A stretch of 64,000 bases of DNA from assembly GCA_965215005.1 (NCBI GenBank), contig CBDCCZ010000060.1, forward strand, positions 96,001 to 160,000, given 5' to 3'. A program made the translations under genes and the position numbers. Below are positions 51,811-64,000 of the stretch, one piece after another; positions within the stretch are counted from its first letter, which is position 1; each line of letters begins with the position of its first letter. The DNA is from Kofleriaceae bacterium (GTDB lineage Bacteria > Myxococcota_A > Polyangia > Haliangiales > Haliangiaceae). Under the pieces are notes generated by a model that ran no database searches, had not been told where the DNA came from, and saw nothing but the letters and a program-made list of their open reading frames with translations.

Positions 51811-52277
51811 GCTTCGTCGAGCTCGAGCGCGTCGGGCGGCAGCGGCGGCGGGCTCGGGTCGGTGACGGAGAGAACCTCGGCATCGAAGTCGATGTCGTGC
51901 TCTGCGAGCGGATGCTGCAGCTGCACATCGATGGAGTCGCCGCGCACCTCGAGCACCTTAATCACCACATCTTGGCCGTTTCCTGCGCCCTTGGCGGTGA
52001 ACTGGGTGCCGGCGGAGAGGTCGGTGCCGGCGGGAAATTCGGCGCGCGACATAGTCTTCTTTGGGCGCAGCTGCGGGTTCCCGAACGCGTCGGCTGCGCC
52101 GATACGACCGGACTTCTTGGCTCCTGGCGCGAGTCCTTCGAGCTGGTTCTCGAGGCCGGGCAGCATGGTTCCCGCGCCTTGAAAATATTCCACGACGCTC
52201 TTTTCGATCACGTCGCCATCGGCAGCGTTGCGGAGCACGATCTTGACCCTGATGCGACGGCCTTTTTCTATATTCAC
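51807..52277 (-). CDS. FKBP-type peptidyl-prolyl isomerase, SlyD-like (no His-rich tail)
   Basis: G.G.MLPGLE..LEG, AFG, IF domain, HPLA...F..EV..V. Confidence 0.85.
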   Translation of the reverse strand: MNIEKGRRIRVKIVLRNAADGDVIEKSVVEYFQGAGTMLPGLENQLEGLAPGAKKSGRIGAADAFGNPQLRPKKTMSRAEFPAGTDLSAGTQFTAKGAGNGQDVVIKVLEVRGDSIDVQLQHPLAEHDIDFDAEVLSVTDPSPPPLPPDALELDEA

Positions 52278-52448
52278 CGGCGGTATCCCCTTGCGGCAGC
52301 GGCTTGAGGTGGAGCGCTACATTAGCAACCACCTCGTGAACGCGGGTTGACAGTGTGAGCGCTGGTTGACGGCCGGGGCAACTATGCGGCCTGAAATTCA
52401 GCCGCTTGCTATCAGGCACGCGGTTCGCTATAGCGACCCCGTACGTTC

Positions 52449-52922
52449 ATGCGCGTTCCTTCCGTCATTATGATCTGTCTCGCTGTTTTCGCTGCCGGCT
52501 GCGGGGCCGCAGGGCCGCGGGTGAGCGCTCTGGGGGTCTCTCAAGGCACTCACGGCGCTGCCGAAATCGAGCCGGGAACCCTGCTCGTGTTTCTCGAGGT
52601 GGTGAATCCTACCGAGCGGCCGCTCACCCTGTCGCGGCTCGAGTATCATTTCGACGCTGACGCATGGTTCGAGGCGCACGGGGAAGTGCGTCTGTCGCGC
52701 GCGGTCGACGCCGGAGACTCGGTGGTCATCGAGGTCCCGGTGCGCATTCGCGAGCCGGTGACCGCGCAGGCGGGTGCCTACGTGCTCGATGGACGGCTGT
52801 TTGGCACCGATGAGCGCGTCGAGAGGCAATGGAACGTGAGGGTTCGCGGTACGGTGGATCCGCCGACCTTGGCGCGCGTATCGACGGCGCGATTGCGCGT
52901 CGGCGCCCGCAACGATCGCTGA
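52449..52922 (+). CDS. Lipoprotein with LEA-2/WHy-like domain
   Basis: Lipobox AAGC; L.V.NP....L.L..L.Y pattern. Confidence 0.65.
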   Translation: MRVPSVIMICLAVFAAGCGAAGPRVSALGVSQGTHGAAEIEPGTLLVFLEVVNPTERPLTLSRLEYHFDADAWFEAHGEVRLSRAVDAGDSVVIEVPVRIREPVTAQAGAYVLDGRLFGTDERVERQWNVRVRGTVDPPTLARVSTARLRVGARNDR

Positions 52923-53008
52923 AGCCGCGATTGCGCCGCGAGCCGCAAGCGCGGCATTGCGAGGGGCGGCTTGCGCGGCGGCGGCGGCGGTTGCTACTGT
53001 CCGCCGCC

Positions 53009-54052
53009 ATGCAGCCCCCATGGCAGTCGTTCGCCGCGCGCTCTCTGGCGGGCGAGAGTCTCACTCGCGATGAGGCGCGCGCCGTTCTCCACGCGCCCGA
53101 AGAAGAGCTCTTGTCGCTGCTCGACGCCGCCTACTCCGTGCGCCGGCAGGCGTTCGGACGGCGCGTGCACATCCACGTGCTTGAGAACGCCAAGCTTGGC
53201 GCTTGTCCTGAGGATTGTGGATTCTGCTCGCAAAGCGCCAAGCACGGCAGCCCCGGAGGCGAGGCACCCATCGAAGACGTCGAGGCGTTGGTCGCGGGCG
53301 CACGTCGCGCCGCCGCGGCCAAAGCCAAGCGCTATTGCATGGTGACGGCGACTCGCGGACCGTCCACGCGAGATCTCGACGTTATCTGCGAGGCAGCGCG
53401 GCGCATCAAGAGCGAGCTCGACGTCGAGTTGTGCGCCTCTCTCGGCCTATTGAGCCGGGAGAAGGCCGCGCGGCTCGCTGCGGCCGGTATCGATCGCTTC
53501 AATCACAATCTCGAGACCTCCGAGCGTCACTTCGCCAAGGTCGTCTCCACACACACGTTCAGCGATCGGGTGCGCACCATCCAGTTTGCCAAAGAGGCGG
53601 GCATGACGACCTGCTGCGGCGGCATCGTCGGCCTTGGGGAGAGCGAAGACGACTTGCTCGATCTGGCGTTCACGCTGCGCGAGCTGGCGGTCGACTCGGT
53701 ACCGGTCAACTTCCTCGATCCGCGGCCGGGCACGCCGATGGCGGGCTATGGGCGCATCGAGCCGACGTACGCGCTGCGGGTTCTGTGCATGTTTCGATTT
53801 TTGCACCCGCGCGCCGACCTTCGGGTTGCCGGAGGCCGTGAGGTGACGCTGCGTTCACTGCAGGTGATGGCGCTGTATCCAGCGAACTCGATCTTCACCT
53901 CTGGATATCTCACCACCGCCGGCGCCGAGCCCACCGACGACCATCAAATGATTCGCGATGCCGGCTTCGAGCTCGAGTACAGCGGCTACGAGCAGCCGAC
54001 CGTCGCGGCAGACGCGCCGGTTTCCAACGTTTTTTTACCCGTGGCTAGGTGA
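53009..54052 (+). CDS. bioB: Biotin synthase (radical SAM)
   Basis: [49 protein letters not shown]. Confidence 0.96.
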   Translation: MQPPWQSFAARSLAGESLTRDEARAVLHAPEEELLSLLDAAYSVRRQAFGRRVHIHVLENAKLGACPEDCGFCSQSAKHGSPGGEAPIEDVEALVAGARRAAAAKAKRYCMVTATRGPSTRDLDVICEAARRIKSELDVELCASLGLLSREKAARLAAAGIDRFNHNLETSERHFAKVVSTHTFSDRVRTIQFAKEAGMTTCCGGIVGLGESEDDLLDLAFTLRELAVDSVPVNFLDPRPGTPMAGYGRIEPTYALRVLCMFRFLHPRADLRVAGGREVTLRSLQVMALYPANSIFTSGYLTTAGAEPTDDHQMIRDAGFELEYSGYEQPTVAADAPVSNVFLPVAR

Positions 54053-54630
54053 GCGAGATGCGAATCGACAAAGTGTATACGAAGGGCGGCGATCGCGGTG
54101 AGACCTCGCTTATCGGCGGCGAGCGGGTCAAGAAGCATGCGCCGCGGATCGACTGCTATGGTACCGTCGATGAGCTCAACGCCACCATTGGGTTGGTGAG
54201 CGTGGCGCTTGCCGATTCGCCGGCTGGCGAGCATCTGCTGCCGATCTTGGCGCGGGTGCAGAACGAGCTTTTCAACCTCGGTGCCGAGCTGGCCACCCCA
54301 GATGCCGAGCGTCGCGCCAAGATGCCGCACATCGAAGAGCGCCATATCGAGGTTCTCGAGCGCGATATCGATGGCGTCAATGATGTGCTGCCGGCGCTCA
54401 AGAGCTTCGTTTTGCCGGGCGGCGGCGCTTCCTCTGCGCACTTTCACCTCGCTCGTACGGTGTGTCGGCGCGCCGAGCGGCGGGTGGTCGAAGTAGCCCA
54501 GACTGAAGACGTGAGCCCGCTGGCGACTCGCTATCTCAACCGCTTGTCGGACGCGCTGTTCGTCTTTGGTCGCTGGGCGGCGATGAAAGAGGGCAAAGAC
54601 GAGCCAATTTGGACGCCAGAGAGCACCTGA
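54049..54630 (+). CDS. ATP:cob(I)alamin adenosyltransferase, PduO type
   Basis: [47 protein letters not shown]. Confidence 0.95.
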   Translation: MSEMRIDKVYTKGGDRGETSLIGGERVKKHAPRIDCYGTVDELNATIGLVSVALADSPAGEHLLPILARVQNELFNLGAELATPDAERRAKMPHIEERHIEVLERDIDGVNDVLPALKSFVLPGGGASSAHFHLARTVCRRAERRVVEVAQTEDVSPLATRYLNRLSDALFVFGRWAAMKEGKDEPIWTPEST

Positions 54631-54679
54631 GACGCGGTTCTCGTGCAGCGCCGCTCGCAGGACTCGAACGAGCTTAGGA

Positions 54680-54831
54680 GGCGCGCAGGAATAAATGGTC
54701 AGAAGATCGGCGTCTGTGCGCCGGGCTGGCAAGGCGCTCTGAGGGAGTTGGGTCATCCCCAACGACCGAAGAGCAACGCCGCCAGCACGGATGCACAGTC
54801 GCCTAGAACGGACCATTTATTTCGGAGCGCC
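54680..54831. repeat. About 150-bp extended imperfect palindrome (MITE/REP-like element or structured RNA)
   Basis: GAATAAATGGTC/GACCATTTATTT, GGCG.CTGTGC..GCTGGC/GCCAGC..GCACAG.CGCC, apical TTGGG/CCCAA. Confidence 0.75.
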
Positions 54832-54881
54832 GACTCAGCGGCGGCGTTGGTGCATGAGGACGCCTGCGGTATTCTCGCGCC

Positions 54882-56234
54882 GTGTCCGAGCAGGATCCAA
54901 AAAAGGCCGCAGCAGCGGCGCGGGAACGGTTCGAACGAGCGATGAACGAGCTGCGGGAGGGCAGCTATCGCTTCGCTTCGAAAGTACGCGGCCAAGCTCA
55001 GATCATCGTCGATGAGCTGATTGACCCCGAAGGCGACGCGGTGCGTGGGCTCGCCGATGCAGAAGGTGATCCCGGAGCGCTGGCACTGGCCGCGCCGCTC
55101 GATCTGATCACCTTCGAGACGTGGCTGTTTGGGCAGGTTGGCGATCAAGAGCAGCTCGATCTAGAGATCGATGCGCATTGGCAGACCTGGTTCAATCTTG
55201 GCGCCTGGATCGGGGAGACGCTGCGCCGCCGTCACGGCGGTCATTGGCTGGTGGTGCAGGATGATCCGCGCGGCTGGCGCCTCGGCTTCTCCAAGATTCT
55301 CCTGGAGATCGCGCCGTTCACGTTTGCCGAGCAGCTGCTGCGTATGGGCTCTGGAGCGGCTCATCGGCTCATTTCCGAGGTCGAGCGGTTGCGGGTCGCT
55401 CATCTCGAGCAGCAGGAGCGGGACGGCGGCGAGTCGCTCGATAGGTTCACGGCGCAGCATTACGTGCGGATGCACACGGTGCCGCTGGCGCAGTGGATGG
55501 TGATGGATTTTCGCGCGATGGCGCGGCTTTGGAATCAAGCGGCCACGCGCGACTTGATCAAAGAGATCAAGAAGAGTGGTAAGCGGCTCGGTCCAGCAAA
55601 CGAAGGCCTCATTGGGCGCCTTGTGGAGGCACTCGAGAAGGCGGATGAAAGCAAGCCGCTGGGCCAGCAGAGCGGAGATCGCGGGCTGTTCGAGGCGATC
55701 TGTCAGGTCGTGGTGATGCGCCGCGCTACCGCGCCTTTAGCGATCGATATCCTCGAGCGCTACGTGTTGCCAACCATTCATATCGGCATTCCCGCGGGAT
55801 TTCCGCCGCTCGATGAGGACGATGTCGCGGCGCTTCACAAAGGCGCTGAGCTCTTCGCCCTCTACGTGGATACGATTCCGCACAAGTACAAAGCCGATGA
55901 CGAGGGCTTCCTCCGCTCCATTCCGCACACGGATCTTTCCACACCGTACACCGACCGGAGCCGACTTGAAGTGGGCAAGGGCGATTGGGTGATCGTCAAC
56001 CCGCGCCATTTCAAAGATATGCTCCTCGAGGTGGACGGCCAGCGACTGCTCGATACCTACGACAAATGGGTGGACTACGTGGCGACGCAGCCCAACGCAC
56101 CGCGCCGCCGCGACGACGGTCGCGGCTTGGCGGAAACCGTGGCGCGGGCAATCGCCGATCTCAAGGCCTGTGTGGTCGCCGCAAGCAAGAACGACGAAGC
56201 GCTGATCTTTCGCATGCTGCCCCCGCCGGCCTGA
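54882..56234 (+). CDS. Hypothetical protein (contains a DUF3806-like LGAWIGE...GG.W motif)
   Basis: 450-aa ORF with typical codon bias; no other recognisable motif. Confidence 0.75.
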   Translation: MSEQDPKKAAAAARERFERAMNELREGSYRFASKVRGQAQIIVDELIDPEGDAVRGLADAEGDPGALALAAPLDLITFETWLFGQVGDQEQLDLEIDAHWQTWFNLGAWIGETLRRRHGGHWLVVQDDPRGWRLGFSKILLEIAPFTFAEQLLRMGSGAAHRLISEVERLRVAHLEQQERDGGESLDRFTAQHYVRMHTVPLAQWMVMDFRAMARLWNQAATRDLIKEIKKSGKRLGPANEGLIGRLVEALEKADESKPLGQQSGDRGLFEAICQVVVMRRATAPLAIDILERYVLPTIHIGIPAGFPPLDEDDVAALHKGAELFALYVDTIPHKYKADDEGFLRSIPHTDLSTPYTDRSRLEVGKGDWVIVNPRHFKDMLLEVDGQRLLDTYDKWVDYVATQPNAPRRRDDGRGLAETVARAIADLKACVVAASKNDEALIFRMLPPPA

Positions 56235-56292
56235 GCCTCGGCGAGTGCTAGTGGTGCAAGCCCTCGCGCTGACGCGCTGCGAGAGGTCTGGC

Positions 56293-56345
56293 CTAAGGGC
56301 CCACCGCGAAATGATAAGGCGATCTGGTTATTTCGCGGCGGGCCC

Positions 56346-56349
<4 letters not shown>
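56293..56349. repeat. 22-bp inverted repeat overlapping the kinase stop codon
   Basis: CTAAGGGCCCACCGCGAAATGA / TTATTTCGCGGCGGGCCCTTAG (20 of 22 complementary). Confidence 0.75.
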
Positions 56350-57617
<1,268 letters not shown>

Positions 57618-57625
57618 ACGTCGAC

Positions 57626-58636
<1,011 letters not shown>

Positions 58637-58788
58637 CGACACCTCCGAAGGCCAATGTAGCTCCCCGCGCGCAGCGCGTGCAAGACAACGGCCCGGGCAA
58701 GCACTGTCTCGACCATTGCAAAGCACGGCAGGCGCAGCATTGCCGTCGCGACACGGCATTGGCCGCAGCCAAGACTCATCGATGCGAC

Positions 58789-59625
58789 TCACCTTGCTGC
58801 TCGCGGCGATCGCCGCAGCCGGCACACCAACACTTGATTCTCGGCCGCCGCGCTCAGCGGCTCGTCCTCGAAGTCGCCGTATCGCTCCGTCACCTCGAAG
58901 CCAGCATGTTCGATCAACGCGACGAGCTCGGCGGGAAAGAACTTCCGCTGCGACAGCAGAATCGCGTGTTCTTCGCCGGTCTCCCTCTGATAGTAGATGC
59001 GTACCGCGCAGATCTGCGTGACCGGATCATAGACGTGATTGGTGGTGTACACGAGCCGCTCTCCTGTGACCGGATGGGTAAAGCGGGTGCGCGACCAGCG
59101 GCGTTCAGAATCTCGACACAGCCACTCGAGATCGGGTAGCTGAACGTCAAAGGCGAAGACCCCACGGGGCGTGAGATGAGCGGCGACGCGCTCGAGCGCC
59201 TCCGTGACCTCGGCGGCCGAGTAGAGGTGCTCGAAGGAGTTGAACGCGCTGATGACGAGGGGGAACCGTCGCTCGAGCGCGAAGTCGCGCATGTCGGCGC
59301 GCTGCAGCGCGATGCGAGCCCGGGCGCCGCGCGGCAGCTTAGCGATGCGTGCTTCGGCTCGCGTCAACATCGCTGGCGAGGTGTCGATTCCGACGACCTC
59401 GTGACCATCCCGGGCGAGCGCAGTCGCGACGCGGGCGGTACCCACGGCAAGCTCCAGAACCGAGCCACTGGCGCCGAGTCGACGACGGGCGAGTCGCCGG
59501 TAAAAGCGCACGTCGTCGCGACGTCGGCGATACTCATAGTCGTAGAGCACCGCGTCCTCATAATGTTCGCGAGCACCGAGCTCGACCTCGGCTGGTGAGC
59601 GGCGCCGCTGCGATGAGCGCGCCAT
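58789..59625 (-). CDS. Class I SAM-dependent methyltransferase
   Basis: VLELAVGTARV, GID.S..ML, ADMRDF, FNSF.HL, HL.P.G.F.FD. Confidence 0.9.
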   Translation of the reverse strand: MARSSQRRRSPAEVELGAREHYEDAVLYDYEYRRRRDDVRFYRRLARRRLGASGSVLELAVGTARVATALARDGHEVVGIDTSPAMLTRAEARIAKLPRGARARIALQRADMRDFALERRFPLVISAFNSFEHLYSAAEVTEALERVAAHLTPRGVFAFDVQLPDLEWLCRDSERRWSRTRFTHPVTGERLVYTTNHVYDPVTQICAVRIYYQRETGEEHAILLSQRKFFPAELVALIEHAGFEVTERYGDFEDEPLSAAAENQVLVCRLRRSPRAAR

Positions 59626-59726
59626 CAGCTAAACGACGCCAGCCGCAGAGCTCCGTCTGCGCGCGCAAGTGCCGATGACTCACGACCGCAACTCATCGCC
59701 GTGGCTGCGTAGGTGGTCCCAAGGGA

Positions 59727-61183
59727 CTAGGCCGTGACCGCAGGATGACGACTGTCGTCCTCTTCATCCTCATCCTCATCCTCATCGTCCTCATCCTCGT
59801 CGTCGCCGAACAGCTCACCGTCCTCGTCGCGCCGCCGTCGTCGACCACCGCGCCGTCGCCGCCGCTGTTTGCGAGACCGGCTGTCTTCGTCGGACTCCTC
59901 GCGATCGGCGAGCTTGCGCCAATACTCCACTTCGTCTGAATCGCGGTTGGACGCGCGTGCGGTGACCTCATAGACGCTGACTGCATCGGCGAAGAAGTCC
60001 CGCTTGACCATCGTCATGGGACGGCTGCGCCGCCGGCGTGACGGAGCCAGACGACGTTGCGCCATCAGGATTTGTCGGATGCGCTCGGTATCGCGGCGCG
60101 CCACTCGCAGCTCGTCGAAGAGCGGCTGTCCGAGCACCGCGATCATCTCATTGGCGTCGGCCGGTCGGGTGCTGGCGGCGGTGAGGCTATCGTAGAGAAA
60201 GGGATTGACGATCGCTGCGAGCAGCAGTGCGTTGGATAGCTCACGATGCGTTCGCTTGAGCTGATCGAGCTCGCGAAGCACGTTCCATGCGACGGCGCGG
60301 CGAGCCTCGAGCTCACCGCGGTCGAGAAAATCGAGCTCGAGGTGCGCCGCCGCGGGCATCCGTTCATCGTCCCAAGTGGCGGCCCATGCGACCTCGTCGG
60401 TGTCGAGACTGGTATCGAAGTCATCGTCGACGTCGTCATCGCCGGCGTCGCTAAACAGGGCGGCGAGCTGCGGCGAAAGCACCGCCGCTAGGCCGGTCTC
60501 GAGCAGTAGCTCCATCGAACGCGTGGCTGCGCCGCCGCGAAGCAGGCGATACACTTCTTCGATTACCCGAGGCGGGGCGCACTTGTTGATTTCGCCGCGG
60601 TGCTCGATGAGCGCCGCCAGAGTCGTCTCTTCGATATCAAAGCCCAGTCGGGCGGCAAACTTGATTGCCCGCAGCATGCGCACCGGGTCCTCTTGGAACC
60701 GGATGCCGGGCTCGCCGATCGTGCGAATCAGGCGGGCATCGAGATCGCGAAGCCCGCCCACGTGATCGATGACCTCTTCGGTCTCGACATTGTAGAAGAG
60801 CCCGTTGATGGTGAAGTCGCGGCGCCGCGCATCTTCGGTATCGCTGCCGAAGACGTTGTCGCGCCGGATGAGCAGCTCCGAGGCGTCGTCGACATCTTCG
60901 TCGCCCCGGGGATTGGCGCGGAACGTCGAGGTCTCGATGATTTTCGGGCCGAAGAAGATGTGTGCGAGCCGAAACCGGCGGCCGATGATCCGGCAGTTGC
61001 GAAAGAGCTGCTTGATCTCGTTGGGCGTCGCGCTCGTCGCCACGTCGAAGTCTTTGGGCGTACGGTCTAGAAGAAGATCTCGAACGCAGCCGCCGACCAA
61101 GTAGGCTTGTGGCCGCGCCGGGCGAGCCGGCGGACGACTTTATCGGCGTCCGCATCGATCGCACTCCGCGCGAGGGCTGGCAT
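59727..61183 (-). CDS. pcnB: Poly(A) polymerase I; apparent 1-nt deletion near 61106
   Basis: IDADADKVVRRL..GHK from ATG 61183 joins AYLVGGCVRDLLL in another frame; KDFDVAT, PAP signature IIGRRFRLAHI, RRDFTIN, EDPVRMLRA; Arg-rich then acidic tail. Confidence 0.93.
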
Positions 61184-61262
61184 CTCATCGAAACGATTAA
61201 CATAACGGCCGGATCACAGCAAGTTGCGGCACCGTCGGATCCTGCCAACGACGAGCGAGCCG

Positions 61263-61344
<82 letters not shown>

Positions 61345-61349
61345 TTCTC

Positions 61350-61377
61350 ATCTTACTTAGTGCCACCCACAGCGCAA
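61350..61377 (-). promoter_or_regulatory. Putative sigma-70 promoter for the candidate sRNA / pcnB leader
   Basis: TTGCGC-N16-TAAGAT with an AT-rich upstream tract. Confidence 0.5.
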
Positions 61378-61557
61378 GCACTTTTTCACGATGGTGGAAA
61401 AATTACATCTAAACACCGTAGGGGTGATTACCGGTTTCACAGCGCCTCCATCCAACCAGCTGAATTGATGGACGAAGAAGCACCAGAGTCGAACGCCGTT
61501 CCAAGACAAAAACTTTGAACCGAGCGAAATTCAGCTCGACCGTGCGGCTGCTCTTGG

Positions 61558-63519
61558 TCACTGCGAGTGGCGCTCGAGCGCAATGGTGCCCCAAGGATCC
61601 CAGCGGTGCGGGGTGTGTTCGGTGAGGATCAGAGCGTCTTCTTGCGCGAGCGTTGTGTAGCCCACGGCGAGCACGGCGACCGCGTAGCGCGAGCCGCGCG
61701 GCAGGGACGAGGGGAACGTGAAGCGGCCTTCTGCATCGGTTTGCGCCCAGGCAATCGCCTGCTTCTCGAGCTTCTCGAGCTCGAGGGTGCCGGCCGTGCG
61801 TCCCGCATCGAGCACCACGACCACCGCTCCGGCGATGGGACGACCGTTGGCGACGTCGACCACCCGGCTCGAGATCGAGACGCCTGACGCTGCGGCCTCG
61901 GTGGTTTGGGCGACCGGGCCCTGCGGGACGTCGGTCTTCCCTTCCATGGGAACCCAGTCCTCGTCTGCGATCGCGAGCAGTGCTCGGGCTGCGTCGGTGG
62001 GCCGCACGAGTCCGACCTGGCCGATGGGTTTGAGCTCGAACTTTGACGCCGCCGCACGAATGCGAAAGGCGGTGGGCACGCCGACGAAGCGGCCCTCTTC
62101 GTCGAGCGCCATGCCTCCAGAGTTGCCGTGGGTGATGGCGGCGTTGGTCTTGATGAAGGCATCGCCCGCGCCGCCGGTCTCGCCGGTGAGACCTTCGACC
62201 TCGCCGCTCGTTGCGCTGAGGTGACCGTAACCGACATCTGGATAGCCCACGACCCAGATACGTTCGCCAGGAACCACGGGCTCGACGCGATCGAGAGGAA
62301 CCGCAGGCCAGTTTTCTGGCCGCCAGGCGTAGCCGTTCATGTCGACGTCGCACTTGATGAGAGCGAGATCGAGCAGAGCCACGAGCTTGCTTCGCGCAGG
62401 ACGGCCGGCACACACATAGACCGGTTCGCGATCAGTGCCGCGGAACCGCGCGATGAGGAATAGGTCGTGGAGACGATCGCGGTCGCCGTCGTGGATGACG
62501 TGAAAGTTGGTCAACACCGATCCGTCTTCACCAACGATGGTGCCGGAGCCGCCGGAGATGGGGCGTAGGCGGTCGTTGACGAGATCGACGGCGACGACCA
62601 TGACGGCCGATGGCATTGCTCGCAAAATCGGCTCGGGGATGCTCAGTGGCGCACCTCTGCGTTTACCCACTGGCAACAGCGGGCTCGACGACGCCGCGCC
62701 TGGAAACACTGTATCTACGGCGAGATGGGGCTCGACCCGAGCTGCCAGCGCTTCGGCCTCGCTCGGGCGGCCGCCATGCGCAGTGACTGTATATAGATAG
62801 TGTCCGTTGACGGTGGCGTACTCGATGGCGCTGGCGAGTCGCGGCGTATCGTCTTTGCTCGGCTTATAGGCGTAGCGAAAGCGGGTTACGAGCCAGTCAT
62901 GGCCGGCAATGGAGACCTGATCGGACGCGGTGGCGCCGTAGAGCTCACCGTAGCGATATCGGCGCTCGAAGCTGAGCGCTCCGCGCAGATTGCCGAATGC
63001 TGGCCGCTCGGCGATGGCGGCTTCGAGTCGCAGCGAAGGGTTGCGCGGCCAGCTCCACATCAGCTGCTGTGGTAGCTCGACCGCATCGGGAATGGCCGCG
63101 TTGGGCGGCTCGTCGCGACCTATCAAGTCGCTGCCCAGTCGCAGCGGCGGTGGCGGCACGGCGTTCGGAGGCAACGCACCGGCCGGCCGCTCGAAGGCGA
63201 GCCCGTAGCGCTCGAAGGTGACACTGCCTGGGGTGACGAGGGTGCGATAGGCGAAGGCGCCGGCCGCCAGCAGCGCGAGCGCCCCGAGCACCACGAGCAG
63301 GTCGTGACGAAGCCACAGCGGCAGCTCAACAGGGCGTTCGCGGTCGGCTAGCGAATCGGAGCCGGCGCTGGTGTCGCGGTTGTTCTTGACGGCGCCACCA
63401 TGGCGAAGCTTCCAGCGCCGAGCGGTCTCGCTGGAGCTCAGCGTTGGCGGGGAGGAAGCGGCGCCACCGGCATCTGCGGCGTCTTGCACGCTTCGATCAT
63501 CATCGGCGCGGTACTTCAT
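61558..63519 (-). CDS. Membrane-anchored trypsin-like serine protease with C-terminal carboxypeptidase-regulatory-like domain
   Basis: TM helix, GSG, LTNFHV, DLAL, GYP, GNSGG; C-terminal V.D...G.PI.GA..TDAEGRF. Confidence 0.88.
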   Translation of the reverse strand: MKYRADDDRSVQDAADAGGAASSPPTLSSSETARRWKLRHGGAVKNNRDTSAGSDSLADRERPVELPLWLRHDLLVVLGALALLAAGAFAYRTLVTPGSVTFERYGLAFERPAGALPPNAVPPPPLRLGSDLIGRDEPPNAAIPDAVELPQQLMWSWPRNPSLRLEAAIAERPAFGNLRGALSFERRYRYGELYGATASDQVSIAGHDWLVTRFRYAYKPSKDDTPRLASAIEYATVNGHYLYTVTAHGGRPSEAEALAARVEPHLAVDTVFPGAASSSPLLPVGKRRGAPLSIPEPILRAMPSAVMVVAVDLVNDRLRPISGGSGTIVGEDGSVLTNFHVIHDGDRDRLHDLFLIARFRGTDREPVYVCAGRPARSKLVALLDLALIKCDVDMNGYAWRPENWPAVPLDRVEPVVPGERIWVVGYPDVGYGHLSATSGEVEGLTGETGGAGDAFIKTNAAITHGNSGGMALDEEGRFVGVPTAFRIRAAASKFELKPIGQVGLVRPTDAARALLAIADEDWVPMEGKTDVPQGPVAQTTEAAASGVSISSRVVDVANGRPIAGAVVVVLDAGRTAGTLELEKLEKQAIAWAQTDAEGRFTFPSSLPRGSRYAVAVLAVGYTTLAQEDALILTEHTPHRWDPWGTIALERHSQ

Positions 63520-64000
63520 GGCGCCTCGAGCTCAGGTCGGTGCGGCGATGCGCGGAGCAGACGCCGCATGAGCAGCGAGGTCACGAAGAACACCGCCACT
63601 GCAAATCCCGCCGCATAGGCCAGCCCGCGCCACGGTTGCACGTGGATGCCGCTTGTGGCGACCGCGCTTTGCACTAGGCGGAACTGCCCATTGAACAACG
63701 CCGCCGTGAAGAGGCCCGCGAACAGGATCAGCGAGCGCAACGTGGCGCTTACGGGAGAGAACTTCGCGCGTCCGAGCGCATAGCCCATGACTCCAGCAAA
63801 GCACGCATGAGCCAACGTCGTTACCACCGCGTGGGCGGCGCCGCTGGCCAAGAAGACACTGTGTTGCAGACCTTTGAAGTAGTGATAATTGACCCACGTC
63901 GCAAAGCCGATACCCGCGGCGCTCATATAAATGATGCCGTCGAGCGGCTCGTCGAGCTCGGGCGATAGATAGATCGTGTAGCGAACCACGAGATACTTCG
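63516..64000 (-). CDS. prsW: PrsW-family intramembrane metalloprotease (5' part outside the window)
   Basis: KY, ELDEPLDGIIY..AAGIGFAT..N, AHACF.G; stop overlaps the protease ATG. Confidence 0.85.
   Translation of the reverse strand, partial: KYLVVRYTIYLSPELDEPLDGIIYMSAAGIGFATWVNYHYFKGLQHSVFLASGAAHAVVTTLAHACFAGVMGYALGRAKFSPVSATLRSLILFAGLFTAALFNGQFRLVQSAVATSGIHVQPWRGLAYAAGFAVAVFFVTSLLMRRLLRASPHRPELEAP

Overview
High-GC chromosomal window, most likely from a myxobacterium (Myxococcota). That assignment is inferred from two Hanks-type Ser/Thr kinases, a TPR/PEGA-kinase-lipoprotein operon, many lipoproteins and sigma-54 promoters. It holds about 57 densely packed, mostly housekeeping genes: pdxH, sbcDC, two acyl-CoA dehydrogenases, egtB, aguAB, cls, 5-oxoprolinase, hrpB, cyoE, ino1, an HtrA protease, bioB, an adenosyltransferase, pcnB and a partial prsW. 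I saw no rRNA, tRNA, CRISPR array, integrase, transposase or phage genes. Most notable observations: (1) an ino1 / IPCT-like cytidylyltransferase / degenerate-IPCT::PhnW-like aminotransferase cluster with a consensus sigma-54 promoter; (2) a ~150-bp structured intergenic repeat in four copies plus a fragment, whose hairpins are kept despite sequence divergence, and several other palindromes that abut or supply stop codons; (3) a candidate ~80-nt sRNA with a C11-loop terminator upstream of pcnB; (4) a D-Ala-D-Ala-ligase-like pseudoenzyme with an acidic insert; (5) an orphan MauG/BthA-type di-heme enzyme; (6) a poly-Asp outer-membrane protein. A dense run of frameshifts at about 31.8-33.7 kb (oxoprolinase start, hrpB) and one in pcnB are more likely consensus errors than biology. 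All calls come from reading motifs by eye; no database searches were run.
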